A stretch of DNA of 64,000 bases from Escherichia phage vB_EcoM_P8. Positions within the stretch are counted from its first letter, which is position 1. Each line of letters starts with the position of its first letter. The notes under the pieces were generated by a model. It searched no databases. It was not told where the DNA came from and saw only the letters and a list, made by a program, of their open reading frames with translations. This document shows, piece by piece, positions 1 to 11,192 of this stretch. The DNA lies in sequence record PV390659.2. One strand, given 5' to 3'. Made by a program: the position numbers and the translations under genes.

Positions 1-972
1 CCTAAATTCACACAAGTAAATAATAGTTCAACTTTTAAATTACGGTTTAGATGCCCTGTTTGTGGAGATTCAAAAACCGACCAAAATAAAGCTCGTGGAT
101 GGTATTATGGCGATAATAATGAAGGAAATATTCATTGCTATAACTGTAACTATCATGCACCAATCGGAATATATTTAAAGGAGTTTGAACCTGATTTATA
201 TCGTGAGTATATCTTTGAAATAAGAAAAGAAAAAGGTAAAAGTCGTCCAGTAGAAAAACCTAAAGAACTTCCTAAACAACCCGAGAAGAAAATAATTAAA
301 TCTCTTCCGTCATGCATTAGATTAGATAAACTGACGGAAGACCATCCAATTATAAAATACGTAAAAGCTCGTTGTATTCCAAAGGATAAATGGAAATATC
401 TTTGGTTTACAACCGAATGGCCTAAATTAGTTAATAGTATAGCACCAGGAACATATAAAAAGGAAATACCTGAGCCTCGTCTTGTTATTCCAATTTATAA
501 TGCTAATGGAAAAGCTGAGTCTTTTCAAGGACGTGCATTAAAGAAAGATGCTCCTCAAAAATATATCACCATCAAAGCTTATCCTGAGGCAACAAAAATC
601 TATGGTGTTGAACGAGTTAAAGATGGTGATGTATATGTTCTAGAAGGACCTATAGATTCACTTTTTATTGAAAATGGTATAGCTATTACAGGCGGTCAAT
701 TAGACCTAGAAATTGTTCCATTTAAAGATAGACGAGTATGGGTTTTGGATAATGAACCTCGTCATCCTGATACTATTAAACGAATGACTAAATTAGTTGA
801 CGCAGGAGAAAGGGTTATGTTTTGGGATAAATCTCCCTGGAAATCAAAAGATGTTAATGATATGATTAGAAAGGAAGGTGCAACCCCTGAACAAATTATG
901 GAATATATGAAAAATAATATTGCCCAAGGGTTGATGGCTAAAATGCGGCTATCTAAATATGCTAAGATTTAA
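1..972 (+). CDS. 61: DNA primase gp61 (5' end lies outside window)
   Basis: Frame-1 ORF open from base 1; translation PKFTQVNNSSTFKLRFRCPVCGDSKTDQNKARGWYY... with CxxC zinc-ribbon matches T4 gp61 as recalled. Confidence 0.9.
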   Translation, partial: PKFTQVNNSSTFKLRFRCPVCGDSKTDQNKARGWYYGDNNEGNIHCYNCNYHAPIGIYLKEFEPDLYREYIFEIRKEKGKSRPVEKPKELPKQPEKKIIKSLPSCIRLDKLTEDHPIIKYVKARCIPKDKWKYLWFTTEWPKLVNSIAPGTYKKEIPEPRLVIPIYNANGKAESFQGRALKKDAPQKYITIKAYPEATKIYGVERVKDGDVYVLEGPIDSLFIENGIAITGGQLDLEIVPFKDRRVWVLDNEPRHPDTIKRMTKLVDAGERVMFWDKSPWKSKDVNDMIRKEGATPEQIMEYMKNNIAQGLMAKMRLSKYAKI

Positions 973-1169
973 ATTAATCCAACTAAAGCAAATGCTAAAT
1001 CTACGAATGTATCGAGAGTAATTACTGGAATACTAACGCCATGAGCAATAGCAATTGGCGATAAAATAAAGTTCCATAGTAAAATTCCTATCATAGCAGA
1101 AATAGTAAAAGCTATACGTTTTTTATTACCTTTTATGGCATTAACAAGTGCCATTAATTTTTGTACCAT
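969..1169 (-). CDS. hypothetical small membrane protein (2 predicted TM helices), antisense to flanking genes
   Basis: 66-codon ORF; AAGGAGG 6 nt upstream of ATG on minus strand; hydrophobic; overlaps gene 61 stop by 4 nt. Confidence 0.45.
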   Translation of the reverse strand: MVQKLMALVNAIKGNKKRIAFTISAMIGILLWNFILSPIAIAHGVSIPVITLDTFVDLAFALVGLI

Positions 1170-1218
1170 GCGTCGTCCTCCTTTAAATTAAATATTTATC
1201 GCAAATTTTACAAAATTT

Positions 1219-1250
1219 GTTTACTTTCTCAGCTTGCTGTGGTATTATAA
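1219..1250 (+). promoter_or_regulatory. T4-type early promoter (GTTTAC -35, TATTAT -10) with stem-loop
   Basis: GTTTAC at 1219, 18-nt spacer, -10 inside CTCAGC/GCTGAG inverted repeat. Confidence 0.5.
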
Positions 1251-1273
1251 AATAAACTGCTGAGGATAATATA

Positions 1274-2613
<1,340 letters not shown>

Positions 2614-2673
2614 CTGCTTATATATTCAAATGATATAATTATTTAACTTATTAATGAATTGAAAGGAAAAATA

Positions 2674-3192
2674 ATGGCATACTTTAATGAATGTTCACAG
2701 CTGATCGAAGGCGCTGATAAAGCTCAAAATGAATACTGGGATATTCTCGGTGATGAAAAAGACCCGCTGCAGGTTATGCTTGATATGCAGAAATCTCTGC
2801 AGGTTCGTTTAGCTAAAGATAAACCTGAATATAACCGTCATCCTGATGATTTGGCTACTGCAGGTGAAGTTGTTGATTGGCTGCGTAATCAGAAAGATTA
2901 TATTGACGATGAATTCCGTGAACTTCTAACTTCTCTTGGCGGTATGAGCAATGGCGAAAAAGATGCATCTGCTGTATGGAAGCCTTGGAAGTCACAGCAT
3001 GGTGAACGCCGTGAAACTCTAATTACTGATTTGTCTCCACAAGACCAGTTGGAAATTAAATTCGAAATGATTGATATTCTTCATTTCGTTCTGAACATGT
3101 TCCAAGGTCTCGGCCTTACTGCTGAAGAAATCTTTAAACTTTATTATCTGAAGAATGCTGAAAACTTCGCTCGTCAAGACCGAGGTTATTAA
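2674..3192 (+). CDS. 56: dCTP pyrophosphatase gp56
   Basis: MAYFNECSQLIEGADKAQNEYWDILGDEKDPLQV... matches T4 gp56; ATG at 2674 with SD, upstream track start is TTG. Confidence 0.9.
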   Translation: MAYFNECSQLIEGADKAQNEYWDILGDEKDPLQVMLDMQKSLQVRLAKDKPEYNRHPDDLATAGEVVDWLRNQKDYIDDEFRELLTSLGGMSNGEKDASAVWKPWKSQHGERRETLITDLSPQDQLEIKFEMIDILHFVLNMFQGLGLTAEEIFKLYYLKNAENFARQDRGY

Positions 3193-3236
3193 TAGCTCGT
3201 TTATTTAAACGACGACTTAAAAGCCGCGAGAATTAT

Positions 3237-3244
3237 TATAAATA
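3237..3244 (+). promoter_or_regulatory. late promoter (TATAAATA) for soc
   Basis: Exact TATAAATA about 30 nt upstream of soc ATG. Confidence 0.7.
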
Positions 3245-3274
3245 ATCATGTAATTTAAATAAAAGGAGAATTAC

Positions 3275-3520
3275 ATGGCTAGTACTCGCGGTTATGTTAA
3301 TATCAAAACGTTTGAGCAGAAATTAGATGGAAATAAGAAAATTGAAGGAAAGGAAATTTCTGTAGCTTTCCCTCTTTATTCTGACGTTCACAAAATTTCT
3401 GGCGCTCATTACCAGACATTCCCTTCAGAAAAAGCAGCATATACTACTGTATATGAAGAAAATCAACGTACTGAATGGATTGCCGCAAACGAAGATTTGT
3501 GGAAAGTAACTGGTGGTTAA
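3275..3520 (+). CDS. soc: small outer capsid protein Soc
   Basis: 80 aa MASTRGYVNIKTFEQKLDGNKKIEGKEISVAFPLYSDVHK... matches T4 Soc; late promoter TATAAATA upstream. Confidence 0.95.
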   Translation: MASTRGYVNIKTFEQKLDGNKKIEGKEISVAFPLYSDVHKISGAHYQTFPSEKAAYTTVYEENQRTEWIAANEDLWKVTGG

Positions 3521-3528
3521 TAATTCAA

Positions 3529-3552
3529 GGACTCCTTCGGGAGTCCTTTTTT
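3529..3552 (+). terminator. rho-independent terminator after soc
   Basis: GGACTCC-TTCG-GGAGTCC followed by TTTTTT. Confidence 0.75.
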
Positions 3553-3562
3553 CATTTTACTG

Positions 3563-3592
3563 GTTTACTTTCCAAAATGAGTATGGTATAAT
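3563..3592 (+). promoter_or_regulatory. T4-type early promoter
   Basis: GTTTAC, 18-nt spacer, TATAAT. Confidence 0.55.
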
Positions 3593-3618
3593 AAAATTAT
3601 CTTATAGAGGAGAGCACT

Positions 3619-3831
3619 ATGTTAAATCGCTGGATTAAACCAAATGAAGACCTTCAGAAGGTTCTTGATAAAGCTATCTCTGATAAATGGGGTATGAAAA
3701 GCTGGGATTGTGATATCGTCACGCATTCATTCATGATGCATGCAGATGGTTCAGTCGAGTTCAATGCTGAAATGCGATACACTGACTGGGGTGGATTTCA
3801 AAGAGTCGAATTTCAAAGAGGCTTTTTGTAA
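3619..3831 (+). CDS. hypothetical protein (soc.1 position)
   Basis: 70 aa ORF with SD AGAGGAGAG; downstream of early promoter. Confidence 0.6.
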   Translation: MLNRWIKPNEDLQKVLDKAISDKWGMKSWDCDIVTHSFMMHADGSVEFNAEMRYTDWGGFQRVEFQRGFL

Positions 3832-4172
3832 TGTTTATCTTCAATTGGTTTAAAAGTTTCTTTACGGATTTTTTCTCTACGACTCCTGGAGAAGGTGTAG
3901 TTCCTATTTCAAATGACTACCTTCCTTTAACTGTAGTTGAATATGTTTATATGGGAGATGGAACAGTAGAAGCAGTTACTATGACTTATGAAGAAGCCCA
4001 GGAATATTATAAAAATCCCTGGCGCTGGTCAACACCTACTACATCATCTAATACACAGAATATACAGTCTAATTCTGATTCATATGATACTAATGTTCCT
4101 GTTCATGTATGGACGGGTGATTCATGTGGAAGTTCTTGTGATTCTAGTTGTTCATCTACATCTTGTGATTGA
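3831..4172 (+). CDS. hypothetical protein, Ser/Cys-rich C-terminus (soc.2 position)
   Basis: 113 aa; TAATG overlap with upstream ORF. Confidence 0.55.
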   Translation: MFIFNWFKSFFTDFFSTTPGEGVVPISNDYLPLTVVEYVYMGDGTVEAVTMTYEEAQEYYKNPWRWSTPTTSSNTQNIQSNSDSYDTNVPVHVWTGDSCGSSCDSSCSSTSCD

Positions 4173-4180
4173 GGAAAATT

Positions 4181-4666
4181 ATGGAAGCGATTTTGTTTGA
4201 AATGTATATTAGCAGTAATAGTTTGTCGTTTGCTAAAGATATTCCAATTACAGTAGCAGTAATGATTGATAAGGGTTATTGTGACCCAATGTATCTAGTA
4301 GAAAATTTCGTTTCAATGCCAGTTCCAGAAGATGCTGAAATAAAGCTTAAAAAGATTGGTATTATTGAAACTGTACCAAATATTCCGTTTAGAGCAATTG
4401 AAGCATTTACTAAATCCGAATACATTAATGTTAGTGCAGAACAATATAATGATAAACCTTTATCTTTCTATTCGTATGATTCATTATATAGTTGGAAAAT
4501 AGATAAAGGAAATAAATTTATAATTGCGAGTGAAGATGCTTTATCATACTTTATTTCTTCTGTATGGAATAGTTTACATCCAAATTTGCTAAAAATTCAT
4601 GAATTTGATGATGCTCCTACTGTTGTTTTAGGTAAAACAAATGAAAGTTCTGAAGAAAATGTTTGA
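4181..4666 (+). CDS. mrh: hypothetical protein, 161 aa (mrh position and length)
   Basis: ATG with GAGGA SD; length matches T4 Mrh as recalled; assignment is positional. Confidence 0.45.
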   Translation: MEAILFEMYISSNSLSFAKDIPITVAVMIDKGYCDPMYLVENFVSMPVPEDAEIKLKKIGIIETVPNIPFRAIEAFTKSEYINVSAEQYNDKPLSFYSYDSLYSWKIDKGNKFIIASEDALSYFISSVWNSLHPNLLKIHEFDDAPTVVLGKTNESSEENV

Positions 4667-4844
4667 ATGGTTCAATAGACCAAACTCAATGTACATTGAT
4701 GATGGTTGGGTTGAACAGGCAAATAAAGAAATGCAGAACGAATCAGAAGAATGGATGAAATCAATGATTAGTGCCGAGAAAGAAAAGAAATTAGAACGCT
4801 CAGCGCTTAAATTGATGAGAGACATCTATGGGGATAAATCGTGA
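4641..4844 (+). CDS. hypothetical protein
   Basis: 67 aa ORF overlapping previous gene end. Confidence 0.45.
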   Translation: MKVLKKMFEWFNRPNSMYIDDGWVEQANKEMQNESEEWMKSMISAEKEKKLERSALKLMRDIYGDKS

Positions 4845-4852
4845 ACAGAGAT

Positions 4853-5005
4853 ATGACGCTAGAAGAGGCCAAGGCTAAAGCAAATGAAGCATTGGATTTG
4901 CTTCTTAAAATCGGTAGTAAAATGATGGAAGAAAATGAAAAATATATCCAGGAAAACAAAATTCCTGACGGTCCATTAGTAGGCAAGAGGAAATCGAATG
5001 ATTGA
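4853..5005 (+). CDS. hypothetical small protein
   Basis: 50-codon ORF filling gap; GTGA/ATGA coupling at both ends. Confidence 0.3.
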   Translation: MTLEEAKAKANEALDLLLKIGSKMMEENEKYIQENKIPDGPLVGKRKSND

Positions 5006-5468
5006 AGTAGCAAAACATTATTCAATAGAATTTATGTCTAAAGAAGGTAAATCAGTAAATACACTTGATAAAAAATGCTCATTAATTATTCCTTTAGCAG
5101 AAAATCCAGATATTTTAATTAAAGATATAAAAGAAAGAAAATATCCAGAAAATGTTATTCTAATTATAAAGCATACTGAAGATATTTTGCAGAATACTGA
5201 TTCACCATTTTCTTCTTCTGAAGCTTTAACTATTAAAGGCTATAAAAGAGCTCATGAATATGGTCTTTTTGACCTGTTTGAAGACGATAAAGTTAAATTA
5301 GCGAGTCAACCTTCTAAAAGTAAAACATTCATTATTGAAGATATTAAAGATATAAATGCATTTGTTAAGATGGTCTGGGCTCATTTTGATGTTGGACTAC
5401 GCTGGAGAATGTCCGAAGAAGAAAGAAAGATTATTGAAGCTAATCGTTATTTTGGTTTTTACCGCTAG
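4998..5468 (+). CDS. hypothetical protein
   Basis: 156 aa ORF, co-directional, tight packing. Confidence 0.55.
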   Translation: MIEVAKHYSIEFMSKEGKSVNTLDKKCSLIIPLAENPDILIKDIKERKYPENVILIIKHTEDILQNTDSPFSSSEALTIKGYKRAHEYGLFDLFEDDKVKLASQPSKSKTFIIEDIKDINAFVKMVWAHFDVGLRWRMSEEERKIIEANRYFGFYR

Positions 5469-5476
5469 GAATTAAT

Positions 5477-5659
5477 ATGGATTTATTTGAGATGTTAGAA
5501 GATAATCATTCTACGAATATCCAGAATGATTCTAGTGATTATAAGAAAGAGTACCGTATAGTATTACAGAATTATGGAATTGAAGCCCCAGATGCTCTTC
5601 TAGAAGAACTAGCTTCATACCATCTTGACCCTCCGCCCTGGGCTCCCTGGGCAAAATAA
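5477..5659 (+). CDS. hypothetical small acidic protein
   Basis: 60 aa ORF. Confidence 0.4.
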   Translation: MDLFEMLEDNHSTNIQNDSSDYKKEYRIVLQNYGIEAPDALLEELASYHLDPPPWAPWAK

Positions 5660-5670
5660 TTCAAAAAGTT

Positions 5671-5700
5671 GTTTACTTTCCTTCCTAACAATGATATGAT
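5671..5700 (+). promoter_or_regulatory. T4-type early promoter upstream of modB
   Basis: GTTTAC, 18-nt spacer, TATGAT. Confidence 0.5.
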
Positions 5701-5726
5701 AGTTTCTGAAGTATATGGAGGCTATC

Positions 5727-6350
5727 ATGATTATTAATCTCGCAGATGTTGAACAGTTATCTATAAAAGCTGAAAGTGTCGATTTTCAATATGATATGTA
5801 TAAAAAGGTCTGTGAAAAATTTACTGACTTTGAACAGTCAGTTCTTTGGCAGTGTATGGAAGCCAAAAAGAATGAAGCTCTTCATCGGCAGTTGAATAAA
5901 ATCGTTAAAAAGCATTTAACTAAATCGCCGTATCAGCTATATCGTGGTATATCAAAATCGACAAAAGAACTCATTAAAGATTTACAAGTTGGAGAAGTGT
6001 TTTCAACGAACAGAGTAGATTCATTTACTACTAGTTTGCATACAGCGTGTTCTTTTTCTTATGCTGAATATTTCACTGAAATAGTACTTCGCTTAAAAAC
6101 TGATAAAGCTTTTAATTACTCTGACCATATCAGCGATATTATACTTTCTTCTCCTAATACTGAGTTTAAGTATACATATGAAGATACTGATGGATTAGAT
6201 TCAGAACGTACTGATAACTTAATGATGATTGTGCGTGAACAAGAATGGATGATTCCAATTGGAAAGTATAAAATAACTTCTATTTCAAAAGAAAAATTAC
6301 ACGATTCATTTGGAACATTTAAAGTGTATGATATTGAGGTAGTTGAATGA
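5727..6350 (+). CDS. modB: ADP-ribosyltransferase ModB
   Basis: 207 aa from ATG 5727 (GGAGG SD); R-S-ExE ART motifs (YRG, STTS, EQEWMIP); first of tandem pair as in T4. Confidence 0.75.
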   Translation: MIINLADVEQLSIKAESVDFQYDMYKKVCEKFTDFEQSVLWQCMEAKKNEALHRQLNKIVKKHLTKSPYQLYRGISKSTKELIKDLQVGEVFSTNRVDSFTTSLHTACSFSYAEYFTEIVLRLKTDKAFNYSDHISDIILSSPNTEFKYTYEDTDGLDSERTDNLMMIVREQEWMIPIGKYKITSISKEKLHDSFGTFKVYDIEVVE

Positions 6351-6949
6351 AATATTCAGCAATGCAATTAAAAGATTTTAAAATCAAATCAATGGATGCA
6401 TCGGTGCGTGCTTCTATTCGTGAAGAATTACTTTCTGAAGGATTTAATTTATCCGAAATTGAACTTTTAATTCATTGTATTACTAATAAGCCAGACGATC
6501 ATTCTTGGTTAAATGAAATAATCAAATCTCGTTTGGTTCCAAACGATAAACCTCTTTGGAGAGGTGTTCCAGTTGAGACTAAACAGGTGTTAAATCAAGG
6601 AATTGATATTATTACATTTGATAAAGTAGTATCAGCTTCATATGATAAAAATATAGCTCTGCATTTTGCTTCTGGATTAGAATACAACACGCAAGTTATT
6701 TTTGAATTCAAAGCTCCTATGGTATTTAATTTTCAGGAGTATGCTATAAAAGCTCTACGTTGTAAAGAATACAGTCCAAGTTTTAAGTTTCCGGATAGTC
6801 ATCGCTATCGTAATATGGAATTAGTTTCAGATGAACAAGAAGTAATGATACCAGCTGGAAGTGTATTTAGAATTGCAGATAGATATGAGTATAAAAAGTA
6901 TTCAACATACACTATCTATACTCTTGATTTTGAAGGATTTAATCTATAA
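6347..6949 (+). CDS. modA: ADP-ribosyltransferase ModA
   Basis: 200 aa; motifs LWRGV, SASY, EQEVMIP; ATGA overlap with modB. Confidence 0.75.
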   Translation: MKYSAMQLKDFKIKSMDASVRASIREELLSEGFNLSEIELLIHCITNKPDDHSWLNEIIKSRLVPNDKPLWRGVPVETKQVLNQGIDIITFDKVVSASYDKNIALHFASGLEYNTQVIFEFKAPMVFNFQEYAIKALRCKEYSPSFKFPDSHRYRNMELVSDEQEVMIPAGSVFRIADRYEYKKYSTYTIYTLDFEGFNL

Positions 6950-7065
6950 TGGAAGGACTTAGATTCATTATACCATGAAAGTTTTAAAGCATTTTTCATA
7001 AAGTTGTTTACAAGCTGAAGTAAAAATGTTATAGTATAAGTAGTTAACCCGTCCGTGAGAAAAAT

Positions 7066-7812
7066 ATGAAACTGTCTAAAAATCAAATTCGTAAAATTAC
7101 ACGTCGTTTAGAGCATACTCAGGCATCTGCCAAAAGACGTTCTAAAGATTTTAACTTAGACTTCAATTACATTAAGAACATTTTAGATCAGAAAGTTTGT
7201 GCTTACTCGGGAGAACCTTTTGATAATCGTATTGAAGGAGAGAAATTATCATTAGAACGTTTTGATAATAACGTTGGATACATTAAAGGGAATGTTATTG
7301 CAGTAAAGAAAAAGTACAATACATTTCGTTCTGATTATACTTTAGAAGAGTTGATTGAAAAGCGTGATTTATTTGCTTTGCGAATTGGTCGTTCATCTGC
7401 GAAAAAAGTTCATAAACTAAATTTAGATGAAAAGAAATGGGCTAAAATCAAAAAGACTTATAATCAAATTAAAGCTATACAGAAAAAACGTGAAAACCGA
7501 ATTGAGCACATTTCTCAGCTTTCTAAATCAAAACAAACTTCTGACGTTAAGCTAACGATTATAGCACTCAAAGCTCGTATTGATGGTTCACGTATAGCAG
7601 AAGGCGCTGAAGTTGTTAAACTGAACGTTCTTCTTAAAGGCTCGGATTGGAAAACTGTGAAAAAGTTGTCAGAAGCAGAAATGCAATATGATATGTGTGA
7701 TAAAATTATTCAAGGTGTAGAGCGGTATCAAAACTTGTCTTTTATTGATAAACTTAAACTGAAAAGAGGATACCCGCTAAATTGTTCAATTTTTAAACTT
7801 ATCCGAGGATAA
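7066..7812 (+). CDS. hypothetical basic protein (srd position)
   Basis: 248 aa; lies between modA and dda.1 where T4 carries srd; no motif confirmation. Confidence 0.5.
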   Translation: MKLSKNQIRKITRRLEHTQASAKRRSKDFNLDFNYIKNILDQKVCAYSGEPFDNRIEGEKLSLERFDNNVGYIKGNVIAVKKKYNTFRSDYTLEELIEKRDLFALRIGRSSAKKVHKLNLDEKKWAKIKKTYNQIKAIQKKRENRIEHISQLSKSKQTSDVKLTIIALKARIDGSRIAEGAEVVKLNVLLKGSDWKTVKKLSEAEMQYDMCDKIIQGVERYQNLSFIDKLKLKRGYPLNCSIFKLIRG

Positions 7813-7813
7813 T

Positions 7814-8125
7814 ATGTTTTATGTATATGCGATAGTGTATAGAGATAAAGATGGATTTGCGGTGCCTGTTCCTCTTGATGAACATCGTCCTGCTGTATTT
7901 TTTGAAAGGGAGATTGCTGATAAAGTATTTACTACTCTTAAAGAGCAGTATCGACTAGCTTTAGGTATGGGAATTCCGAGATTAGTTGAGACTCCACGCA
8001 AGTTTTGGTTTAATAAAATAGAAGTTAAACATGTTAAGCCTGATGTAGACACGCAAAGATTATATCGGCGAATTTTAGATACTGGGCGTATTGTTAGTAT
8101 ACCAATTGCAGGGAATTTACGATGA
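7814..8125 (+). CDS. hypothetical protein (dda.1 position)
   Basis: 103 aa, ATGA-coupled to dda. Confidence 0.55.
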   Translation: MFYVYAIVYRDKDGFAVPVPLDEHRPAVFFEREIADKVFTTLKEQYRLALGMGIPRLVETPRKFWFNKIEVKHVKPDVDTQRLYRRILDTGRIVSIPIAGNLR

Positions 8126-9441
8126 CATTTGATGATTTGACAGAAGGCCAGAAAAATGCCTTTAACATCGTTATGAGGGCTATTAAAGAAAAGAAACATC
8201 ATGTAACTATTAATGGACCTGCTGGTACCGGTAAGACTACTCTTACTAAGTTCATCATTGAAGCTTTAATATCTACAGGCGAAACTGGAATTATTTTAGC
8301 AGCTCCTACACATGCAGCTAAAAAGATTCTTTCAAAACTGTCAGGGAAAGAAGCGAGTACTATTCACAGTATTCTTAAAATTAACCCAGTAACATACGAA
8401 GAAAACGTTCTTTTTGAACAAAAAGAAATACCTGATTTAGCTAAATGCAGGGTATTAATCTGCGATGAAGTGTCAATGTATGATAGAAAGCTATTTAAAA
8501 TTTTGCTTTCAACTATCCCGCCGTGGTGTACTATAATTGGAATAGGCGATAATAAGCAAATTAGACCTGTTGACCCAGGAGAAAACACTGCTTATATCAG
8601 TCCATTCTTTACGCACAAAGATTTTTATCAATGTGAACTCACTGAAGTTAAACGCAGTAATGCTCCTATTATTGATGTAGCTACTGATGTTCGTAACGGT
8701 AAGTGGATTTATGATAAAATTATTGACGGACATGGAGTACGTGGATTTACCGGTGATACCGCTTTACGCGATTTTATGGTAAATTATTTTTCAATCGTAA
8801 AATCACTAGATGATTTGTTTGAAAATCGTGTAATGGCATTTACGAATAAATCTGTTGATAAGTTAAATAACATTATTCGCAAAAAGATTTTTGAAACTGA
8901 TAAAGATTTTATCGTTGGTGAAATTATTGTAATGCAGGAACCATTAATTAAAACATATAAAATTGATGGAAAGCCTGTGTCAGAAATTATTTTTAATAAC
9001 GGACAATTAGTTCGTATTATAGAAGCGGAGTATACATCGACGTTTGTTAAAGCTCGTGGTGTTTCTGGAGAATATCTAATTCGTCATTGGGATTTAACAG
9101 TAGAAACTTACGGCGATGATGAATATTATCGTGAAAAGATTAAAATAATTTCATCTGATGAAGAGCTGTATAAGTTTAACTTATTTTTAGGTAAAACGGC
9201 AGAAACTTATAAAAATTGGAATAAAGGTGGAAAAGCTCCGTGGAGTGATTTTTGGGATGCTAAATCGCAGTTTAGTAAAGTGAAAGCACTTCCTGCATCA
9301 ACATTCCATAAAGCTCAGGGCATGTCTGTAGACCGTGCTTTTATCTATACGCCTTGTATCCATTATACAGATGCTGAACTAGCTCAGCAGCTTCTTTATG
9401 TTGGTGTCACTCGTGGTCGTTATGATGTGTTTTACGTATGA
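8122..9441 (+). CDS. dda: Dda DNA helicase (SF1B)
   Basis: 439 aa; Walker A GPAGTGKT; matches T4 Dda. Confidence 0.95.
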   Translation: MTFDDLTEGQKNAFNIVMRAIKEKKHHVTINGPAGTGKTTLTKFIIEALISTGETGIILAAPTHAAKKILSKLSGKEASTIHSILKINPVTYEENVLFEQKEIPDLAKCRVLICDEVSMYDRKLFKILLSTIPPWCTIIGIGDNKQIRPVDPGENTAYISPFFTHKDFYQCELTEVKRSNAPIIDVATDVRNGKWIYDKIIDGHGVRGFTGDTALRDFMVNYFSIVKSLDDLFENRVMAFTNKSVDKLNNIIRKKIFETDKDFIVGEIIVMQEPLIKTYKIDGKPVSEIIFNNGQLVRIIEAEYTSTFVKARGVSGEYLIRHWDLTVETYGDDEYYREKIKIISSDEELYKFNLFLGKTAETYKNWNKGGKAPWSDFWDAKSQFSKVKALPASTFHKAQGMSVDRAFIYTPCIHYTDAELAQQLLYVGVTRGRYDVFYV

Positions 9442-9462
9442 TTAAATTCGAGGAAGCTATTC

Positions 9463-9708
9463 GTGGAAATAACTAAAGACCAGTTTTATCTACTTCAAGA
9501 TAAAGTGAGCGAAATTTATGAAATAGCTTATAGTAAAAATCGCAAAAACGTGAAAATTGAATCGGGAAAGTTAATGCTTCAATTGGAAGAAATTGAACGA
9601 GATTTGATTGCATTAGAATTCTTTTGCGGTGAAGTGAAAACTGTTACAATCAGTGATTATGTTTTAGGTGAAATTAGCCATCTTTATAAGGCGGTTATTA
9701 ATGATTGA
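9463..9708 (+). CDS. hypothetical protein
   Basis: 81 aa, GTG start with GAGGA SD. Confidence 0.4.
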   Translation: MEITKDQFYLLQDKVSEIYEIAYSKNRKNVKIESGKLMLQLEEIERDLIALEFFCGEVKTVTISDYVLGEISHLYKAVIND

Positions 9709-9943
9709 ATTAAGTTTGCATCAGTTTAAATCTCTTATGGCAAATGTTAAAGCTGTCATTCAAGAAAATTCAGGACCTGATAATGTTACTATTCGCGAAA
9801 AAGCTTTAAAGATAGTATACAGTCTTGAAGAGATACAAAAAGATATTGAATCTATGGCAAAATTTATTGATGAGCCCATTAATAAAGTTTATATCCAAGA
9901 TTATACTGTAGGTCAAATTCGTGATTTAGCGAGGAAAATTTAA
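9701..9943 (+). CDS. hypothetical protein
   Basis: 80 aa from ATG 9701 (ATGATTGA overlap). Confidence 0.45.
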   Translation: MIELSLHQFKSLMANVKAVIQENSGPDNVTIREKALKIVYSLEEIQKDIESMAKFIDEPINKVYIQDYTVGQIRDLARKI

Positions 9944-10626
9944 TGTTTGATTTTATTATAGATTTTGAAACAATGGGAAGCGGTGAAAAGGCAGCTGTTA
10001 TTGATTTGGCTGTTATTGCCTTTGACCCTAATCCAGAAGTAGTTGAAACATTCGATGAATTAGTTTCACGCGGCATTAAAATCAAGTTTGATTTAAAAAG
10101 CCAAAAAGGACATCGTCTTTTTACTAAAAGCACTATCGAATGGTGGAAAAATCAGTCTCCTGAAGCTCGAAAAAATATTGCGCCATCAGATGAAGATGTA
10201 AGCACTATCGATGGTATTGTAAAATTTAATGATTACATCAATGCGCATAATATCGATCCTTGGAAATCTCAGGGTTGGTGCCGTGGAATGTCGTTTGATT
10301 TTCCAATTTTAGTCGATCTCATTCGCGATATTCAACGTCTTAACGGCGTTTCCGAGAATGAGCTTGACACGTTTAAGTTAGAACCATGTAAATTCTGGAA
10401 TCAGCGTGATATTCGTACCAGAATTGAAGCACTTCTTCTTGTTCGTGATATGACCACATGTCCTCTTCCAAAGGGAACTTTAGATGGATTCGTTGCACAT
10501 GATTCTATTCATGACTGTGCGAAAGACATCCTGATGATGAAGTATGCTTTGCGATATGCTATGGGTCTTGAAGATGCTCCGTCAGAGGAAGAGTGCGATC
10601 CTCTGTCTCTTCCAACAAAACGATAA
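9943..10626 (+). CDS. dexA: exonuclease A DexA (DnaQ-like 3'-5' exonuclease)
   Basis: 227 aa; MFDFIIDFETMG (DxE exo motif); matches T4 DexA. Confidence 0.85.
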   Translation: MFDFIIDFETMGSGEKAAVIDLAVIAFDPNPEVVETFDELVSRGIKIKFDLKSQKGHRLFTKSTIEWWKNQSPEARKNIAPSDEDVSTIDGIVKFNDYINAHNIDPWKSQGWCRGMSFDFPILVDLIRDIQRLNGVSENELDTFKLEPCKFWNQRDIRTRIEALLLVRDMTTCPLPKGTLDGFVAHDSIHDCAKDILMMKYALRYAMGLEDAPSEEECDPLSLPTKR

Positions 10627-10632
10627 AAAGTT

Positions 10633-10662
10633 GTTTACTTCCTCGGTTAGTTGTGGTATTAT
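10633..10662 (+). promoter_or_regulatory. T4-type early promoter
   Basis: GTTTAC, 18-nt spacer, TATTAT; leader closely resembles the one at 1219-1270. Confidence 0.55.
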
Positions 10663-10689
10663 AACATCATAGCTACTGAGGATAATAAA

Positions 10690-11190
10690 ATGAAAATTTA
10701 TCGTGTTGAATCATCTTTTAGTATTCTTAATTATGAAGATGCTATAACAATACGTCGAAATCTTTGTGTTCAAATAACGCCGTACAGGAGTATAATAGAT
10801 TCATGGAGCGAAGAGTGGTTATTACACGTAGGTTATGATAGACCTAATTTTATGCATCATAGCGATAATAATAAAAGAATTCCTTTACCACACGAAGATA
10901 AACTATTAGTTAAAAACGCTAATATAGTAATTAATACTAAGTTCAAGAAAGATTATGTTGGAGTAGAATATCATATTCCAGGATGGTTTATAGCTCTTTA
11001 TCATTTTGCTTTCGCTAGTGAATATGATATGATGAGATGGTTCACACGAGAAGAACGTGAAGAATTATCTTCTAAAGGATTTTATCTTGCTGTATATGAA
11101 GTTCCTGAAGATGAAGTTATCATTGGCGGGCACCAAGTAATGTTCCGCAAATCGCATGCTGAACTCGTAGATTTTATTGAAATGAGATAA
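10690..11190 (+). CDS. hypothetical protein
   Basis: ATG 10690 with SD GAGGATAAT after early promoter; upstream track start is TTG. Confidence 0.55.
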   Translation: MKIYRVESSFSILNYEDAITIRRNLCVQITPYRSIIDSWSEEWLLHVGYDRPNFMHHSDNNKRIPLPHEDKLLVKNANIVINTKFKKDYVGVEYHIPGWFIALYHFAFASEYDMMRWFTREEREELSSKGFYLAVYEVPEDEVIIGGHQVMFRKSHAELVDFIEMR

Positions 11191-11192
11191 AT

